Positions 11,805 through 26,988 of a stretch of DNA of 64,000 nt are shown in pieces. Where the stretch lies: assembly GCA_951406725.2 (NCBI GenBank), contig OX597823.1, positions 57,846,001 to 57,910,000 on the forward strand, given 5' to 3'. The notes under the pieces are model-generated. The model ran no database searches and was not told the DNA's origin. It saw only the letters and a program-made list of their open reading frames with translations. Position 1 is the stretch's first letter, and each line of letters begins with the position of its first letter. This stretch comes from Octopus vulgaris (Eukaryota). Both the position numbers and the translations under genes were made by a program.

Positions 11805-13609
11805 AGAAAAAAATATGCATATAAATCTGGTCAGTAGTGGCAAAAATATGAAGTCACATGGTCTCGTTCTCATTTCAACTCTAATGGTATCAATTAGATA
11901 CTCTGTTTTACCAACACACTGTCTCTCTCTCTTGAACTGTTTATGGACATTTTATATCTACGAGAAAGTTGCTTCAATCAGCTTACAACTAAACACTTAT
12001 TATCACTCATTTAACCTTAGTAAAGCGGAATCTTTGAAAGATAAAGAGCATTGTTAATTTAGAATAAAGGTGAGATAATGGAACGGTCAAGTGTGTTCTC
12101 TGGACTTATTAAAAGATTATTGCAACTCAATTATCTTTCCTTAAGTCGGTAATGATATTCCATTAGAATCATCAAAAAAGAGAGATCCTCTGGTCATCAG
12201 TAATAATAAGATATTGTGTCGTCATGTTTACGACACGGACAATGCCTTTATCGTAAGTAATAAGAATTGGATTATACTTTTAGCAGCGCTGTTCAAAAAC
12301 AACAAAAAAGAACAACAACAAAAACATCATCACCACCACCAACAACAACAACAACAAAAAAGCAATGCGATGCTTCAATTCCAGCGTTTTATGTGACAAT
12401 GAAAATTTTCAGGAACCACCATCATCAGATAAATTAATATTTACGATCGTGTTTATAACTGGACTCCGTTAGGGTTTACGCAAAGTTCTGCAAGAATGTA
12501 TCTGGTGTATAGTATTACTTTGCAAATAATATTTTATGTTGCTATGTAAAACATAAAGCAAATGAGTAGACTAGAAACTCGGTTCCTTTGTTCTAATACT
12601 TTTGGTAATCCTTGAAATGTTAAGAGCCTTTGTTATGTACGCCAACTTAATAAACGAATAATTATACTAGCGTTTAGAACGATGAATGCTTTACTTACAT
12701 CTCGGTATTTTGTGTTTTTGTCGGTACTCAATAATGATTAATATCATAAGCGTAAGATCACGCAGGACTAGTATAGTTGTTTAAATCAACCCAAAGTGAT
12801 TACTTTTATCGACCTCGGAAAGAAGCAGAGCTAAGTTCGAGTCCTGTCTGGGATTCTATGTTTTACTTACCTTATTTACAATTAGAATTCTAATCAGAAT
12901 TTCAAATCAGCGAGTAAGGAAATATAATATTTCGTCTGATATTCTACAGATCAAGGAAATATTCTGTTCAAAGTATTAATAATATCATGATGAGCGATTT
13001 AAAGCAAGAAATTATTCAACAAAATGAAACATGGGAGAGTGGGGGGTCTATCTCTGTTTTAAACCGTTTCGTTCCATTTTATAGTTTGTCATTTAGAACA
13101 GTGCTTACTTTGAAAGGGGAACTATTCAAGTATTTTGTCCACGATTGACTATGTTTGGCATGCTTGTCAGAAAATCGAAAACAGAAAGTCTTGCAACGTT
13201 TTTCAAGTCATCCTACGCTATGAGTTCGAATATTGCTGGAACCCGGTATTCCGTTTATAATTCCAAAGTTCATGCGATCATCAAAATTATTCCGTAATTT
13301 CCTAGAAATTTTTTTTTCTCATTTTATTTAGTGGAGGAGATATAAGTTATTAGTTATCAATTGCAACCCTTGGTCTGATGAATTTAAATTTAATATCTAT
13401 GTTTGCAAGGATAAAGGAGTTAGTGACGTATTTGCAAAGTTTTCAGTGCTGTCTATCTATGTAGAGTGGTAGATTTAAACCCTTTTAAAACATCAATATT
13501 GCTGTTGTTTGTCCTTTCACCAATTCCATATCCACCGCAGAAAGTTATTTAAAAATACTTTTACATTAAAAAGAAGTAAAATAAAATATATAATAATCAA
13601 CCTCCTTAA

Positions 13610-14375
13610 GGCGGCGAGCTGGCAGAAACGTTAGCACGCCGGGCGGAATGCGTAGCCGTATTTTGTCTGCCGTTACGTTCTGAGTTCAAATTCCGCCGAG
13701 GTCAACCTTGCATTTCATCCTTTCTGGGTCGATTAAATAAGTACCAGTGATGCACTGAGGTTGACGTAATCGACTTAATAAGTTTGTCTGTCCTTGTTTG
13801 TCCCCTTTGTGTTTAGCCCCTTGTGGGTAGTAAAGAAATAGGTATTTCGTCCGCCGCTGCGTTCTGAGTTCAAATTCCGCCGAGGTCGACTTTATCTTTC
13901 ATCCTTTCGGAGTCGATAAATTAAGTACCAGTTACGCACTGGGGTCGATATAATCGACTTAATCCGATTGTCTTTCCTTGTTTGTCTCCTCTGTGTTTAT
14001 ACCCTTGTGGGTAGTAAAGAAATAGGTATTTCGTCTGTCTTTACGTTCTGAGTTCAAATTCCGCCGAGGTCGACTTTGCCTTTCATGCTTTCGGGGTCGA
14101 TTAAATAAGTACCAGTTACGCACTGGAGTCGATGTAATCGACTAATCCGTTTGTCTATCCTTGTTTGTCTCCTCTGTGTTTAGCTCCTTGTGGGTAGTAA
14201 AGAAATAGGTATTTCGTCTGTCTTTACGTTTTGAGTTCAAATTCCGCCGATGTCGACTTTATCTTTCATTCTTTCGTGGTCGGTAAAATAAGTACCACTT
14301 GTGTACTGGATTCGATGTAATCCACTGGCTCCCTCCCACCAAATTTCGGGCCTTGTGCCTAGAGTAGAAAAGAAT
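13610..14375 (+). mobile_element. Tandem tetramer of SINE family A (~184-bp period)
   Basis: One head (GGCGGCGAGCTGGCAGAAACGTTAGC, A-box-like), then units restarting at GGTATTTCGTC (13841, 14025, 14208). Each unit has B-box-like GAGTTCAAATTCC and core GCCGAGGTCGACTTTGCCTTTCATCCTTTCGGGGTCG. Confidence 0.9.
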
Positions 14376-14832
14376 AAATTTAACTTAGGCAAATCGTGCG
14401 CCTTTTCAGCGTTTAAAAAAAATGACCCTTCCTTAGCACTTAGTTCATTTCAAGTGATTTTCTTGTTTTGAAGCGTTTGACCAGTTTTACTTTGTACTAA
14501 TTATTTTAGTACAAGTTCTGATGCTTTGGATAGTATGGCACATTTTGACAACTATTGTTGTATGTCATTGTTATGCGCTTTTCAGTGATATTTAATTTGC
14601 GTTCAAAATGAAAGTGTCACATCTTAGTCGGTGGTTTCTAAAGCAACGCTTATCACGTTTATGGAGTACATAGATGCCGGGCTGCTAATGTGATACTGAG
14701 AAGTAAAATTTAGGAAGTGACAGACAATGTATTAAGTTTCAAATTTTGCACAAGGCCAGCAAATTCGGGACAGTGTGTAAGTCGATAACATTGGTTTCAG
14801 TGCTCAAATGATACTTTATTGAATTCAATCTT

Positions 14833-15295
14833 TGCCTGACCACAGTATTCTTTTCACTTCTGTTATGAGTTTGTCATTTACCGCATTTCGCTTTATGTCT
14901 TCTAGGATTACTGGTAATTCGCGTACCGCATTCCACAGTTCATTTCCTTTATTTCTCATACTTGTCTTCAAGCTGCGATTACCGAATCTTCGAATGGCTC
15001 ACAGTGTTTTGGTATCCGTCTCGACAAACCATCCGCATGTTCCAGTTTCTTTTACGGTAAATATTCCATTTTGTAGTCACAATTCAATAATGTAGTGCCC
15101 TATCGCTATTTGCCGTGTGTGTTGGTATTCCTTTTTTAGAACCGTATATAGGACAGTAGTGGGTGATAATTCGTTTGTAGACAGAAACTTCTACCATGAA
15201 TAAATCTATATAATTTTTTCACACTTAATATTGGTGGTTAACGCTTCGTTTTCTATCTGAGTTTAGTTCCTTTCAATTGATAATAACGATCGTCA
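14833..15295 (-). mobile_element. Ty3/Gypsy pol remnant (RNase H to integrase linker)
   Basis: Frameshifted peptides QIENEAL, VKKLYRFIHGRSFCLQTNYHPLLS, IYGSKKGIPTH, GTTLLNCDYKMEYLP*KKLEHADGLSRRIP and NAVRELPVILEDIK. Confidence 0.85.
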
Positions 15296-15377
15296 CCTTA
15301 TTTATAGCGACTAGCATATACAACACCTCACGTGAGATAGGTTTACCATTATTACTATTATCCCCACATCATTAAAG

Positions 15378-15497
15378 GAACGTAAACACAATATCACCGG
15401 TTGTCAAGCGGTGGTGTTGGATAAATACAAAGAGACACACACACAAACTCACACACATATACACATAAGTACACACTCACACACGCATACACATACA

Positions 15498-15541
<44 letters not shown>

Positions 15542-15758
15542 ACAATAGACAATGAAAAGGACAACACAGGAGAAACAAAATCTGAGAAATGATGTATAAG
15601 CTTAAAACTTTAATAGAAAGAGAGTTTCGGCCGCTAGACCTTCATCAAAAGAAAGAGATAAGCATAGAAGAGACTTGCCCAAAGTGTCAGAAAGTGGGTC
15701 TGAACTGGGAATCGTGTGGCTGGAAACTAATATTCATATCTTTACCACACAACCATAC
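15378..15758 (-). mobile_element. SINE family B remnant interrupted in its (CA)n by a hammerhead-like insert
   Basis: ACGTAAACAC...GGTTGTCAAGC and GACTTGCCCAA...GTGGG.CTGAAC segments match 40879-41287. Confidence 0.55.
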
Positions 15759-15795
15759 TTAAATTTATAAATGTATATATCTATCACTGTATCTT

Positions 15796-15843
<48 letters not shown>

Positions 15844-16241
15844 CGTATGTATGGATGTATGTGTGTATGTCGTCTATGCAGACAGGTATATATGTGCTCG
15901 CATTTATGGACACGTATATGCATGCATGTATGTACGATTGTAATCACTAGAGAGAAGTGAGAAAGAGATATTTATTATAACTTCACTATTTCATGATTAT
16001 GTGTCGTGTTGTAATGTGAATCGTTGCTGAAACAGAACAGAAAAAAATATTTATATATGTATGTTTATATGGTTGCGTAATGCCGCATGATGTTAGGAAA
16101 ACCTGTCAATATTATATTAACAACTGCTATTTGTCCGCTAAAATGAATAACAACTTGATTATAGTATATCGGAAATCAACAGGAGCGGACAATCCTTGTT
16201 CTCATCGTCATCACCACCCACCTCCTCATCATTGTTAAAAC

Positions 16242-16284
<43 letters not shown>

Positions 16285-16739
16285 TTTACTATTGTTGTTG
16301 TTGTTGTTATCGTCTTCTTGGAAAATATTAACCGATAAGAATGCTAAATCATGTCAGAATAATGTAAGATACTGAGTGTATAATAGCAAGTCGCCGCTCT
16401 GTTCAGTGCGCAATACTTTGGAGGGAAGCATAAACCACAGTCCAATTTTCTTTTACATGAATTCCAAATTATCTGCTGTTCCGGATACAATAAAATGCAG
16501 TTAGACTTTTAAATATTAGATAGGAATAATCTATTTTACTTAGATAATCTAATATGACATCCAACTACTGAAGTTGCTGGTGATGTTGATATTGCGAAAC
16601 TTATATATTGCTTTTTCGAAGCAGGCTCCATTTTAAAGCTCAACGGGATTTGCTTTTCATCGGGCAAGAACTAAAGAAAAACCAAACCTAAAGACCGAAT
16701 CTGCTAGAATTTATTGACTAGCTTGAATTTACTTTAGAA

Positions 16740-16915
16740 ATGTCCTTTGATATGGAAGAAGCAAAGCGGAAAGAAATTGTATGTTCAGAAAATATTTGTA
16801 GACATATCAACAAAAGGAATCATTTTATTTAACCCCTGAGACCTCAATGAGAAGAATGGCGAGAAAATATGTAGATCCAAATCTTACATAGTATTTTAAA
16901 GGATTTGTCTGAGAC
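16740..16915 (+). mobile_element. Possible mariner/Tc1 HTH remnant
   Basis: PETSMRRMARKYVD...HSILKDL resembles NP.TSMR.LAR...VS..TI..IVK.DL. Confidence 0.35.
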
Positions 16916-17654
16916 AATAAATAAATAAATAAATAAATAAATAGACCAAACAGAGTAGAGATATATTTGGACGGAAAAGTTAAAAATGAGAATCTCAACT
17001 ATCCTTGATATGGAATATTGAATATCAATAAAGATATAAAACGAAATAAATTCATGTGCATTCGGTTTTTAATATTTAACAACATCGTAAATATCAGTGT
17101 TATTGTTAAAATACTCATTTATTTCATATTATTCATTGACTTTATCTAACAAATATCTTATTTAAGTTTGATAAATTTGAAAGTAATCTATAATAAAGTA
17201 TTTCATTAAAATATCTAGAAAATTTCTTTTCCTAGCCTTAGCTTTCAACTAAGTTCTTTGGAGGATTTGAAAATATAATCTTGCTATATACTTCAATACT
17301 ATCCCAGCCCAGACTGGTCTGAAAATATAATCCTGCTATACTTCAATGCACAGCCCAGACTGGTCTGTAGCACAAAGCATATTACAGCAGTGGAAAGGAA
17401 TGTTGGGTAATATCATCTTTCGTCATGATAGTTGATGAGTTATTAAAATGGGACAAAGATAAAGAAGAACGAAAAATAGGTGGCGTGCTCAAATTCTACG
17501 GAGTGTATATTTTAAAGAATGTCTTGGAATATTCTCTAAAATAGAAGTACGCTGCTTCTGATATTAGACCAGATATATCAGATTCAAAATAGCCTATATG
17601 TTACCAACAGAATTAGTTATCTAAGTGAGGCATATATATATGTGTGTGTGTGTG

Positions 17655-17750
<96 letters not shown>

Positions 17751-17751
<1 letters not shown>

Positions 17752-17960
17752 GCGAGCTGGTAGAATCGTTAGCATGCTGGACAAAAGGCTTAGCGGTATT
17801 TCGTCCATCTTTAAGTTCTGAGTTCAATTTCCACTACGGCAGAATTTTCTTTTCATCCTTTCAGGGTCGATAAGTTAAGTACTAGTTGACCACTCTGTGA
17901 GGTAATCGATTTACCCCATCCCTCGATCTTGTTGGTCGTATACCAAAATTTGACATCAAT
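17751..17960 (+). mobile_element. SINE family A
   Basis: GGCGAGCTGGTAGAATCGTTAGC head, GAGTTCAA B-box and TTTCATCCTTTCAGGGTCGATAA core. Confidence 0.85.
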
Positions 17961-18368
17961 ATATGTATACAGCAGCAGAGACGCAGAAAATAATGTTGTA
18001 TTATACAGAATATTCAGGTATGTTCAGATGTTTGTGTTTAGTAAAGTAAATTATGTAAATTGATTTTTCTACAGAAAATCGAAATTCGCATGTGGTTTTT
18101 GGTCACCGAGAAATTTATGACACAATAGTACTCAATAAGATAATGATTTTAATTCTTTTATTTCATAAATTAGAAAATGAGGTCGAAGATAATTTTGAAG
18201 ATTATTTGTGTGTATCATTGCACCGAGTGCTGAGGTATGATCATATAAGATACTTTGAGGGAAACACTGAAGTAATAGTTGACCCTTCTTATAATATATA
18301 TTTGACAATATATTGAATCCTTTGTTCAAAGGTTACCAGAATATTTTCTACTTTGCACAAGACATTCA

Positions 18369-18459
<91 letters not shown>

Positions 18460-18473
18460 GCTTATATACGTAC

Positions 18474-18517
<44 letters not shown>

Positions 18518-19196
18518 ATATATGCTTATAGATAGATAGATAGATAGATAGATGATAGGTAGATTCATACTCATATACACACATATGCATACATGCATAA
18601 TGTATATATATATATGTGTGTGTGTGTGCTTCTATGATGAGAAAGAAACTTTTCCCATCGTGTTAATTGCAGTATTTTATTTAACCAGCGAGCAATAAGC
18701 CTACTTACAGACACTCAGCCGAGTCTCAGCCAACATATGTGTTCTGTTATTCGATAACTGGTCGCCATCTTATTTACTCTCCACCTCATTAAGAGGCACA
18801 TCATATCTCTCTACTGTTCTCTGTAGATGTCATTACATATGAGTATCTTTTGATTACTAATTCGAACCTTTATCCAACCTATGTGTCAGTATTGGCTTGT
18901 TTCCTATCAACTTCGTTAGTCAGTTGATCAGTCTTTTTTTCCACCTCGAACTCTCTCTCTTTATCTTTCTTTTGTTTTCTTTGTCGTTCATTTTGTCTTA
19001 TTCGTTCATTTGTGTCTTCAATACACACACTCACTCAGATAGTCGCCATTCATTCTGTGTCACTCTTTATCTCATTTTACATTCTCATTCTCTCTATCGG
19101 TGTTTTGAAATTATTGTCTAAATATTTGTCCTGTTTATCGGCCAGCCTGACGCCTTCTCGCACTAATTGTCTGTCTGTTTTTCAGACCGTCTCAGA

Positions 19197-19397
<201 letters not shown>

Positions 19398-19513
19398 ACT
19401 TATAAACAAGGGCAAAAGAAAAATATTTCTATGCCATTATGCTGAGAACAGACTTAAATCGTCAATCACCACTTTTCAATATACATTCACTATAAATATA
19501 ACGTCGTGAGTAG

Positions 19514-19596
<83 letters not shown>

Positions 19597-19856
19597 GTGT
19601 GTGTATGTATCAATATCTATCTATACACACATATGCATACGTACATACGTACATACATAGATATAAATATATATATACATATGTGTGTGTGCATGTGTGT
19701 GTGAGTATGTGTGTGTATGTGTGTGTGCGTGTTTATTTTATGTTGTATTAGTTTCGAGGATTAGTTTCATGAAATATATATAGTTACTAAATAGTATACA
19801 TACATACATACATACATACATACATACATACATACATACATACATACATACATACA

Positions 19857-19887
<31 letters not shown>

Positions 19888-19900
19888 CGAGTGCATATCT

Positions 19901-20358
19901 TAACAGAGATGTACAAATCTTATCGCATTCAACTTTGAGAAAAGAAGAAATGATATCATAACTCAAATAAAGCCTTCATCATATCTCTAGTTGTTCGATT
20001 TCCCTATCTCACTCACCCTACGCACAACACGGACTGCTTACCAACAACTCATCCCTTTCTTCGGGGATTGAAGGTACTGCATTACAACAATTATTGACAC
20101 TCCACAAAACTCAGACGAGTCCTACAACCACGTATAGCTCTTATATCTGGGCACGCGAGTGACACTGCTGAGCGCACGCGCGCGGTTTCAAAGCGACAAA
20201 TATATTTTGAGACAAATTAAATTTAAATGTCGAAGTGAATCTAACGGGTTTTTTGGTGTGCTTTTAAATGGCTTATAAACGCGTTCCACGTTGCAATTGT
20301 GTTTGTTTCAGCACGCGATCTCAGATCAAGTCACATGCAATGCTAATACATCTCCGTA
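19901..20358. mobile_element. Possible degenerate mariner-type MITE
   Basis: Weak terminal inversion: CAGAGATGTA... vs revcomp CGGAGATGTA.... Confidence 0.3.
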
Positions 20359-20499
20359 ATATACATACATACATACATACATATATATGTGTGTGTGTGT
20401 GTGTGTGTGTATTTATATATATATCGTCATTAAATCGTAAATTCGAAAAAGAAACACAGTCTAAGTTATAGAGCAGTAAAGTATATAAAGATAGGACAT

Positions 20500-20575
<76 letters not shown>

Positions 20576-20839
20576 TATTATTATTATTAATATTATTAAT
20601 CATGACAATTGGTTCGACATATTTAGCATCGATTTCTCATGGGTGGGACACTTAACAATTGCTTCAGGAGCATCTGGCGGTGCAGATGTGTCTCATCGGC
20701 TGATAAATAAACTCGTTAAAATAACACGTCCGGGATGTACCTTCTCATTTCGTAGAAAGAATAGCAGCAAAACGAAGGTTATATTTTCATTTCTATAGAA
20801 GATCAAAAATAAAACAGAAAGGATGAAGAACAAGAGAGA

Positions 20840-20892
<53 letters not shown>

Positions 20893-21097
20893 ACGGGAAG
20901 GTTTACGAAAATAAACAAAAGACGAAGGCAGGTGGAGTACAAACAAATGTATTAGTATGGCGCTCAGGAATAAAAATAGAACAAGTCTTTTACGTTTCGA
21001 GCCTACGCTCTTCGACAGAAAGATACACAGAAAAAAACAAGGAGAGAAGCAAGGAGAGAAAAAAAATGCGTGTAGGAGCTAACGATCTATCATGGCG
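20893..21097 (-). mobile_element. ~200-bp non-coding element with hammerhead-like core (family H), copy 1
   Basis: Homologous to 37366-37545 and 41833-41993. Revcomp TCTTT-CTGTCGA-A-GAGC-GTAG-GCTC-GAAAC-GTA-AAAGA at 20986-21023. In (TA)n context. Confidence 0.8.
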
Positions 21098-22104
21098 TAT
21101 ATACATATATATATATATGTGTGTGTGTGTATATATATATGTTAAAAAGGAAGGGATATTATGGGTGTTGGATGGACATTGATCATAGTTCTGCTAAATG
21201 AAAGTTGGTCTAAAGACATATAGTAACAAGAAGAACAACAAGAAAATCACAACAGCACCAACAACATACCAACATCTTTCATATAAAACAAAACCACAAT
21301 TTCTAAGATTCTACTGTTATTGCTATTGTCACCGTTGTTTTTGTTGTGGTATAACTCCGGATCAAGCCCCTGTAAAGCAAAACCTATGATCAAATGCGTT
21401 TCAGCCATGAACCCTTCGTTCGACAGAAACGAAAGTTTGATTTGAAGCCAAGCTCTCTGAACCAGTAAGAGGTAAATGTGCAAGCGATGTGTCAACGCTA
21501 AGACATAGTAGATACTAGACAGAGGTAGGTGCTGAACATAATAAATAAAAACAAACTAAGAGAGATGTCTAGAATTAGCCAGCCAATTACTAGTGAAATA
21601 CGACAGTGTTATCAAAATAAGTGAAAATAGAGAAACACAAAGAGAAAGAAAGAAACAATTGTTCTGAATAACTGCTTTATCTGTTTTGAACTTTGATGAG
21701 GCTTTTGTTGATCAGATAGAGGGCAGCTTAACTGTAGAATTTATCTACAGTGAAGGAACGATTTCATTAATAATTTGATTATCAAGAAGCTATCTCTAGT
21801 TTTCCTTTAGGGAGTTATCAATTATTCATCACAGCAAAGCAGAGTCAATGTAAAGAGAGTGAAACCTTTTCGTTAATTGTATTTTTGATAGCCAATATTT
21901 TCACATCGCAAACAGAAAGTCGACTTTTCCCCGTACCAATTGCTTTCTGACATAAAAAAACAAAAAAGAAAAAAAAAAACAAACAAAACTAAAACAAACT
22001 TTCGCATTTATGTATTTATTTTGATATCTATTTTGTAATTGGAAATCATTTCTGGGAGGAGGAAGGCACATCATGGACTTTTATACTTTCAATATTTGAA
22101 AGTA

Positions 22105-22309
22105 TAAAATTTTGTGAGGAAGGGGGATAGTTGATTACATCGACCCTAGTGCATAATTGATACTTATTTCAGAGACCCTGAAAGGATGAAAGGCAAAGTC
22201 GACCTCGACTGAATTTGAACTCAGAAAGTAAGAACGGATGAAATACCGCTAAGCATTTTGCACATCGCGCTCACGATTCTGCCAGCTTGCCACCTTAATA
22301 AAAATAATA

Positions 22310-22359
<50 letters not shown>

Positions 22360-22552
22360 AATAATAATAATAGTAAGGGGAGGCCGTAAGTCGATTAAAT
22401 CGACCCCAGCATTCAAATGATATTTATTTTATCGACCCCGGAATGATGAAAGCAGAGTCAAACTCAAAGGAATTTGAACTCAGAACGTTGAGATGGATGA
22501 AATGCTAAATAGTTCAACAAGTGTGCTAACGATACTGTCAGCTCTTTGCTTC

Positions 22553-22606
<54 letters not shown>

Positions 22607-22817
22607 TCTTTCTACTAAAGGCACAAGGCCTGAAATTTTAGGGAGGGGACTAGTTGATTACATCGGCCCCAGTGTTTCACTGGTAGTTAATTTATCGATC
22701 CCGAAAGGAAGAAAAGCAAAGTCGACCTCGACGGAATTTGAACTCAGAACATAGCGACGGGCGAAATAACGCTAAGCATTTTACCTGGCGTGCTAACGAT
22801 TCTGCCAGCTCACCGCC
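22105..22817 (-). mobile_element. Three SINE family A copies (22105-22294, 22376-22552, 22606-22817) separated by (TGA)n/(TAA)n
   Basis: Each contains the reverse complement of the family A core and GAATTTGAACTCAGAA. Confidence 0.85.
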
Positions 22818-23461
<644 letters not shown>

Positions 23462-24022
23462 GTAATAATAATACTAATAATTTACGCGTTATCTATCAGG
23501 TATTCTGCTTTTAGGCTAAAACTTGTACAAAGAATTTCTACGTCGAAATTACTTGCCTTGGCAGAAAACTTAAATATTTTAGGCATAAAAACTACTTGTT
23601 TACGTCTCCTCATTAACCTTTCGATATGATGTAGTTGTTGTTGTTGTTGTTGTCATCATTGTTGTTGTGTTTTTGAAAGGAAAATAGGAAAAGAAAGAGG
23701 AAGACGTATTTAAAAAGGCAAGAATATATATATGTAAAAACAAACACAATGAAAAGAGAATTAAAAAAGAAATCTGTTATTTTTGGTTTTGTTTCCGGAT
23801 CTGTTTGGTATTTTGGTATTGATGTCATACTTATTTATAGGTGTTTTTTTTTTCATTGGTAATTCTTCTTCTTGTTATTGTTTTGTATTCTTGGTTTGAC
23901 ATTATAAACTGATCTACGGCTAGTATTTCCGATTTTCACATGAAAACAAAAACAAAGGCAAAACAAGACGTAACATGAGACAAATCTCATCACGATAATT
24001 TATGACGTTTAAATCGCCATAT

Positions 24023-24056
<34 letters not shown>

Positions 24057-24699
24057 GTAGCAGCAGCAGCAGCAGCAGAAGCAGCAGCTCTGAGACTAAT
24101 ATATACCAGCGGCAATTCCGACCACTTAAACAAACGTCCGTTCTTCTTCCCATCACATCTTCAAAAGTAGTTCTGTAGTTCTATATTCAGCCAAGAAAAC
24201 CATCCAAATCACCACCATGGCCAATCATCAGTAGTTGCAAGACCATCACTATTACTAGTAAACTGTATTATAGTTGTGAGTGGCATTTTAATAAGTTGTC
24301 AACTACAGCAGTCGTATGGTTAGAGAGCGAAGAGCACAATATAATCATCCTTGCTTAACATGGTCAAATCTCGATATGTACTGTGAGTTTCATTAAAATA
24401 AACACATTGATACAAAGAGAAGTATTTGTAATCTGTCGACGACAAATGAATCGAGAAACATCCAGAATGTGAAATATATATTTTTTTGTTGGAACGGGGA
24501 ATCTTGAAGCAAATAAAGCTATTAATATTGGTTTCACATTTTGGCACAAGACCGGCAATATTTAGCGGGTAAGTCGATTACATCAATCCCTGTGCTCAAC
24601 TGATACTTATTTTGCCTACCTCGAAAAATATAAAAGGCAAAGTTAACCTCGACAGACGTGTGGTGCACATTATTATAAGTTTAGTACGCTTGCTCTGAT

Positions 24700-25600
24700 G
24701 ATGAAATGTCTGGAATCGGCTGTTACACTAAGTATCATATGGTATTCACAGCTTGGAAGACGCTACCATCAGACTAGTTGCAGCTTTGATGCGTTGACTA
24801 ATGCTGAGCGAGAGGCTTTTTTTTCAAACGTCTAACGTTTTTTTTTTTTTTAGAATGTTACATTCTACAGGCATTTCAACGATATTCTAAACTCACACTG
24901 GAATTGTATTGGATTTTCAGGTGTTAGAGGTGTGTAAAAGCTTCAGGAACTTTGCTCCATCGCTCCAAACTTTCTGTCATTTCTATTATCAGAGTATGTC
25001 CTTGTAATCGTGGACAAATCACCACGGGTCAAACAATATTTACGTAGGCTAGTTTTAGTATCCTCTGAGAGAGTTAATCTAAGAAGATCACGATTTCGGT
25101 AGGCAAAGAGGACACGTAGAAAGGGAGAGTTAGCCTGAGATGACTGCACAGCTCATAGTACAGACAGCTTACGGCAACTGGAATACCAATCTTGTTCAGT
25201 CGGATTTGTTGAAGCTATTATAAACAATAGGGTGTCTCTACTTGTAGTGAGACAAGAGAGAAAGATAAATAGGTTGAGAAAAGTTATAAGTTCAGGACAC
25301 AACTGAATAGGAGGGACGTTAATGAGAAATCGAAGAGGTGGTAGGAAATGGACGTTGACTGTTATTTCGACTGCCTTGCTCGAGTCTCGGCTAAAAGTTA
25401 GAGAGTTTCGAAAAACTGATAACAGCAGCCGATGTATTGTGAATGGATGAGTGAGGAGATGATAGCCTACTTTTAATGAACTGCCTTATGATCGTTATGG
25501 ATAGAAGCTAAACTTGTTCTCCCTGCATTTAATAGACGTTTATCACAAGTAACAACACTTCTGATCCGTAGCCAGCTGGATTTCTGATAATGATAAATCG
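24700..25600 (-). mobile_element. Highly decayed CR1/L2-group LINE RT remnant
   Basis: Minus-strand fragments in the expected order: RLLNAGRTSLASIHNDHKAV, SCVLNL*LFSTYL, DLLRLTLSED, SVSLEY, LPS. Confidence 0.5.
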
Positions 25601-26906
25601 AGGAAGGATAGGAAGGGAAACAAAACATCACTCCCTAATTCCACTTCTTTGATGAACGTAAAGTTTCAGATTTTCGCCAAGGTGCGTGATTCCCGGGGGA
25701 ACTATCTGAAACAGCTTCCACCTAATGCAATACACTGTAGAGAGAGTGGTTAATAAATTTGTCAGGGACGATCCACCTGGATTAAACAAAGGTTTTCCAT
25801 AAAGTTGATTGCTAGTAAATGGCTACTCAGCTCAGTGCAATTTTTTCCATAGTTTTCAAAAGTAGCTTGGCTACAATGAACAAGGTAATTTTTCGGTGGC
25901 CAGGATAAATGACTCTCTATCGGAACTGTTTCGAATCAAATATATTATGCGCATCAAGGAAAGGTGTCCGTTCTCGAAGCTCCTATACATTTCCGTTATT
26001 GAGTCGTTGATATTGATGCTGGAACGCTGTGACACATGTCTCTCAATCTAGATTATGACAGGGTTGTAGCAGCACCAAAATAGAGACGGAGAGGCAGGTT
26101 CACACTGAACTACATCCGGAGTTACTGGACAGAAGGTACTCTTCTAACGCTTGGATTACAGATGGAAAGGAACAGAGACAATATCACGAGAAGCTCAGGC
26201 AGCAGAAGTACAAGCATAGATCGCCTCGTGGTAGACTAATATTTATAGTATAACTTCAGATTCTTTACTTCCATTCAACACCGGCTAAGACATCGAGAGG
26301 TCGTCGAAACATATAACCATAGAGACACGTTTAATCTGATTGGTAATATACACGTATTCTGTTTATATTAGTATGTCCAAACTTCAGCCTTTCACTTTAT
26401 GCATTTGACAGGCACAGCAGACTTAACCCCAAATAACTGTGTAATTGGTTGCAGAGTGTTATCAGTGAACAAATGCATTGATTAGATGAATTACGATCTT
26501 GTGCTGTCTATGCGAGTGGAGTTATGGAACATATATACACAGAAACCTAGAAATATACAAACACACTCGCGTATATACATCTATCTTTCTGTTCCTTTGT
26601 ATCTATCAAGCAATCTATCGAGTCGTCTGCATGCCTGCATATTTATGTATGTGTGTAATTGTCTATATATCTATTTATTTGTCTCTGTTACTCATTCATC
26701 TACTGTTCTTCTTTTCTCTCTTTATGTACATGCGCACGCGAACACTCATTTCTGTGTGCGTATGTGCGCACGTGTTTTCGTATGTACGTATGAGTGGGTG
26801 TATGAATATATATACATATACATACATACATGCATACATACATACACACACACACACATACATACAGACACATACATACACACAACCACCCACCCACCCA
26901 CCCACC

Positions 26907-26988
<82 letters not shown>

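Noticed and set aside
17268-17367. ~50-bp imperfect tandem duplication
   Set aside because: Real, but ordinary local slippage with no further structure.
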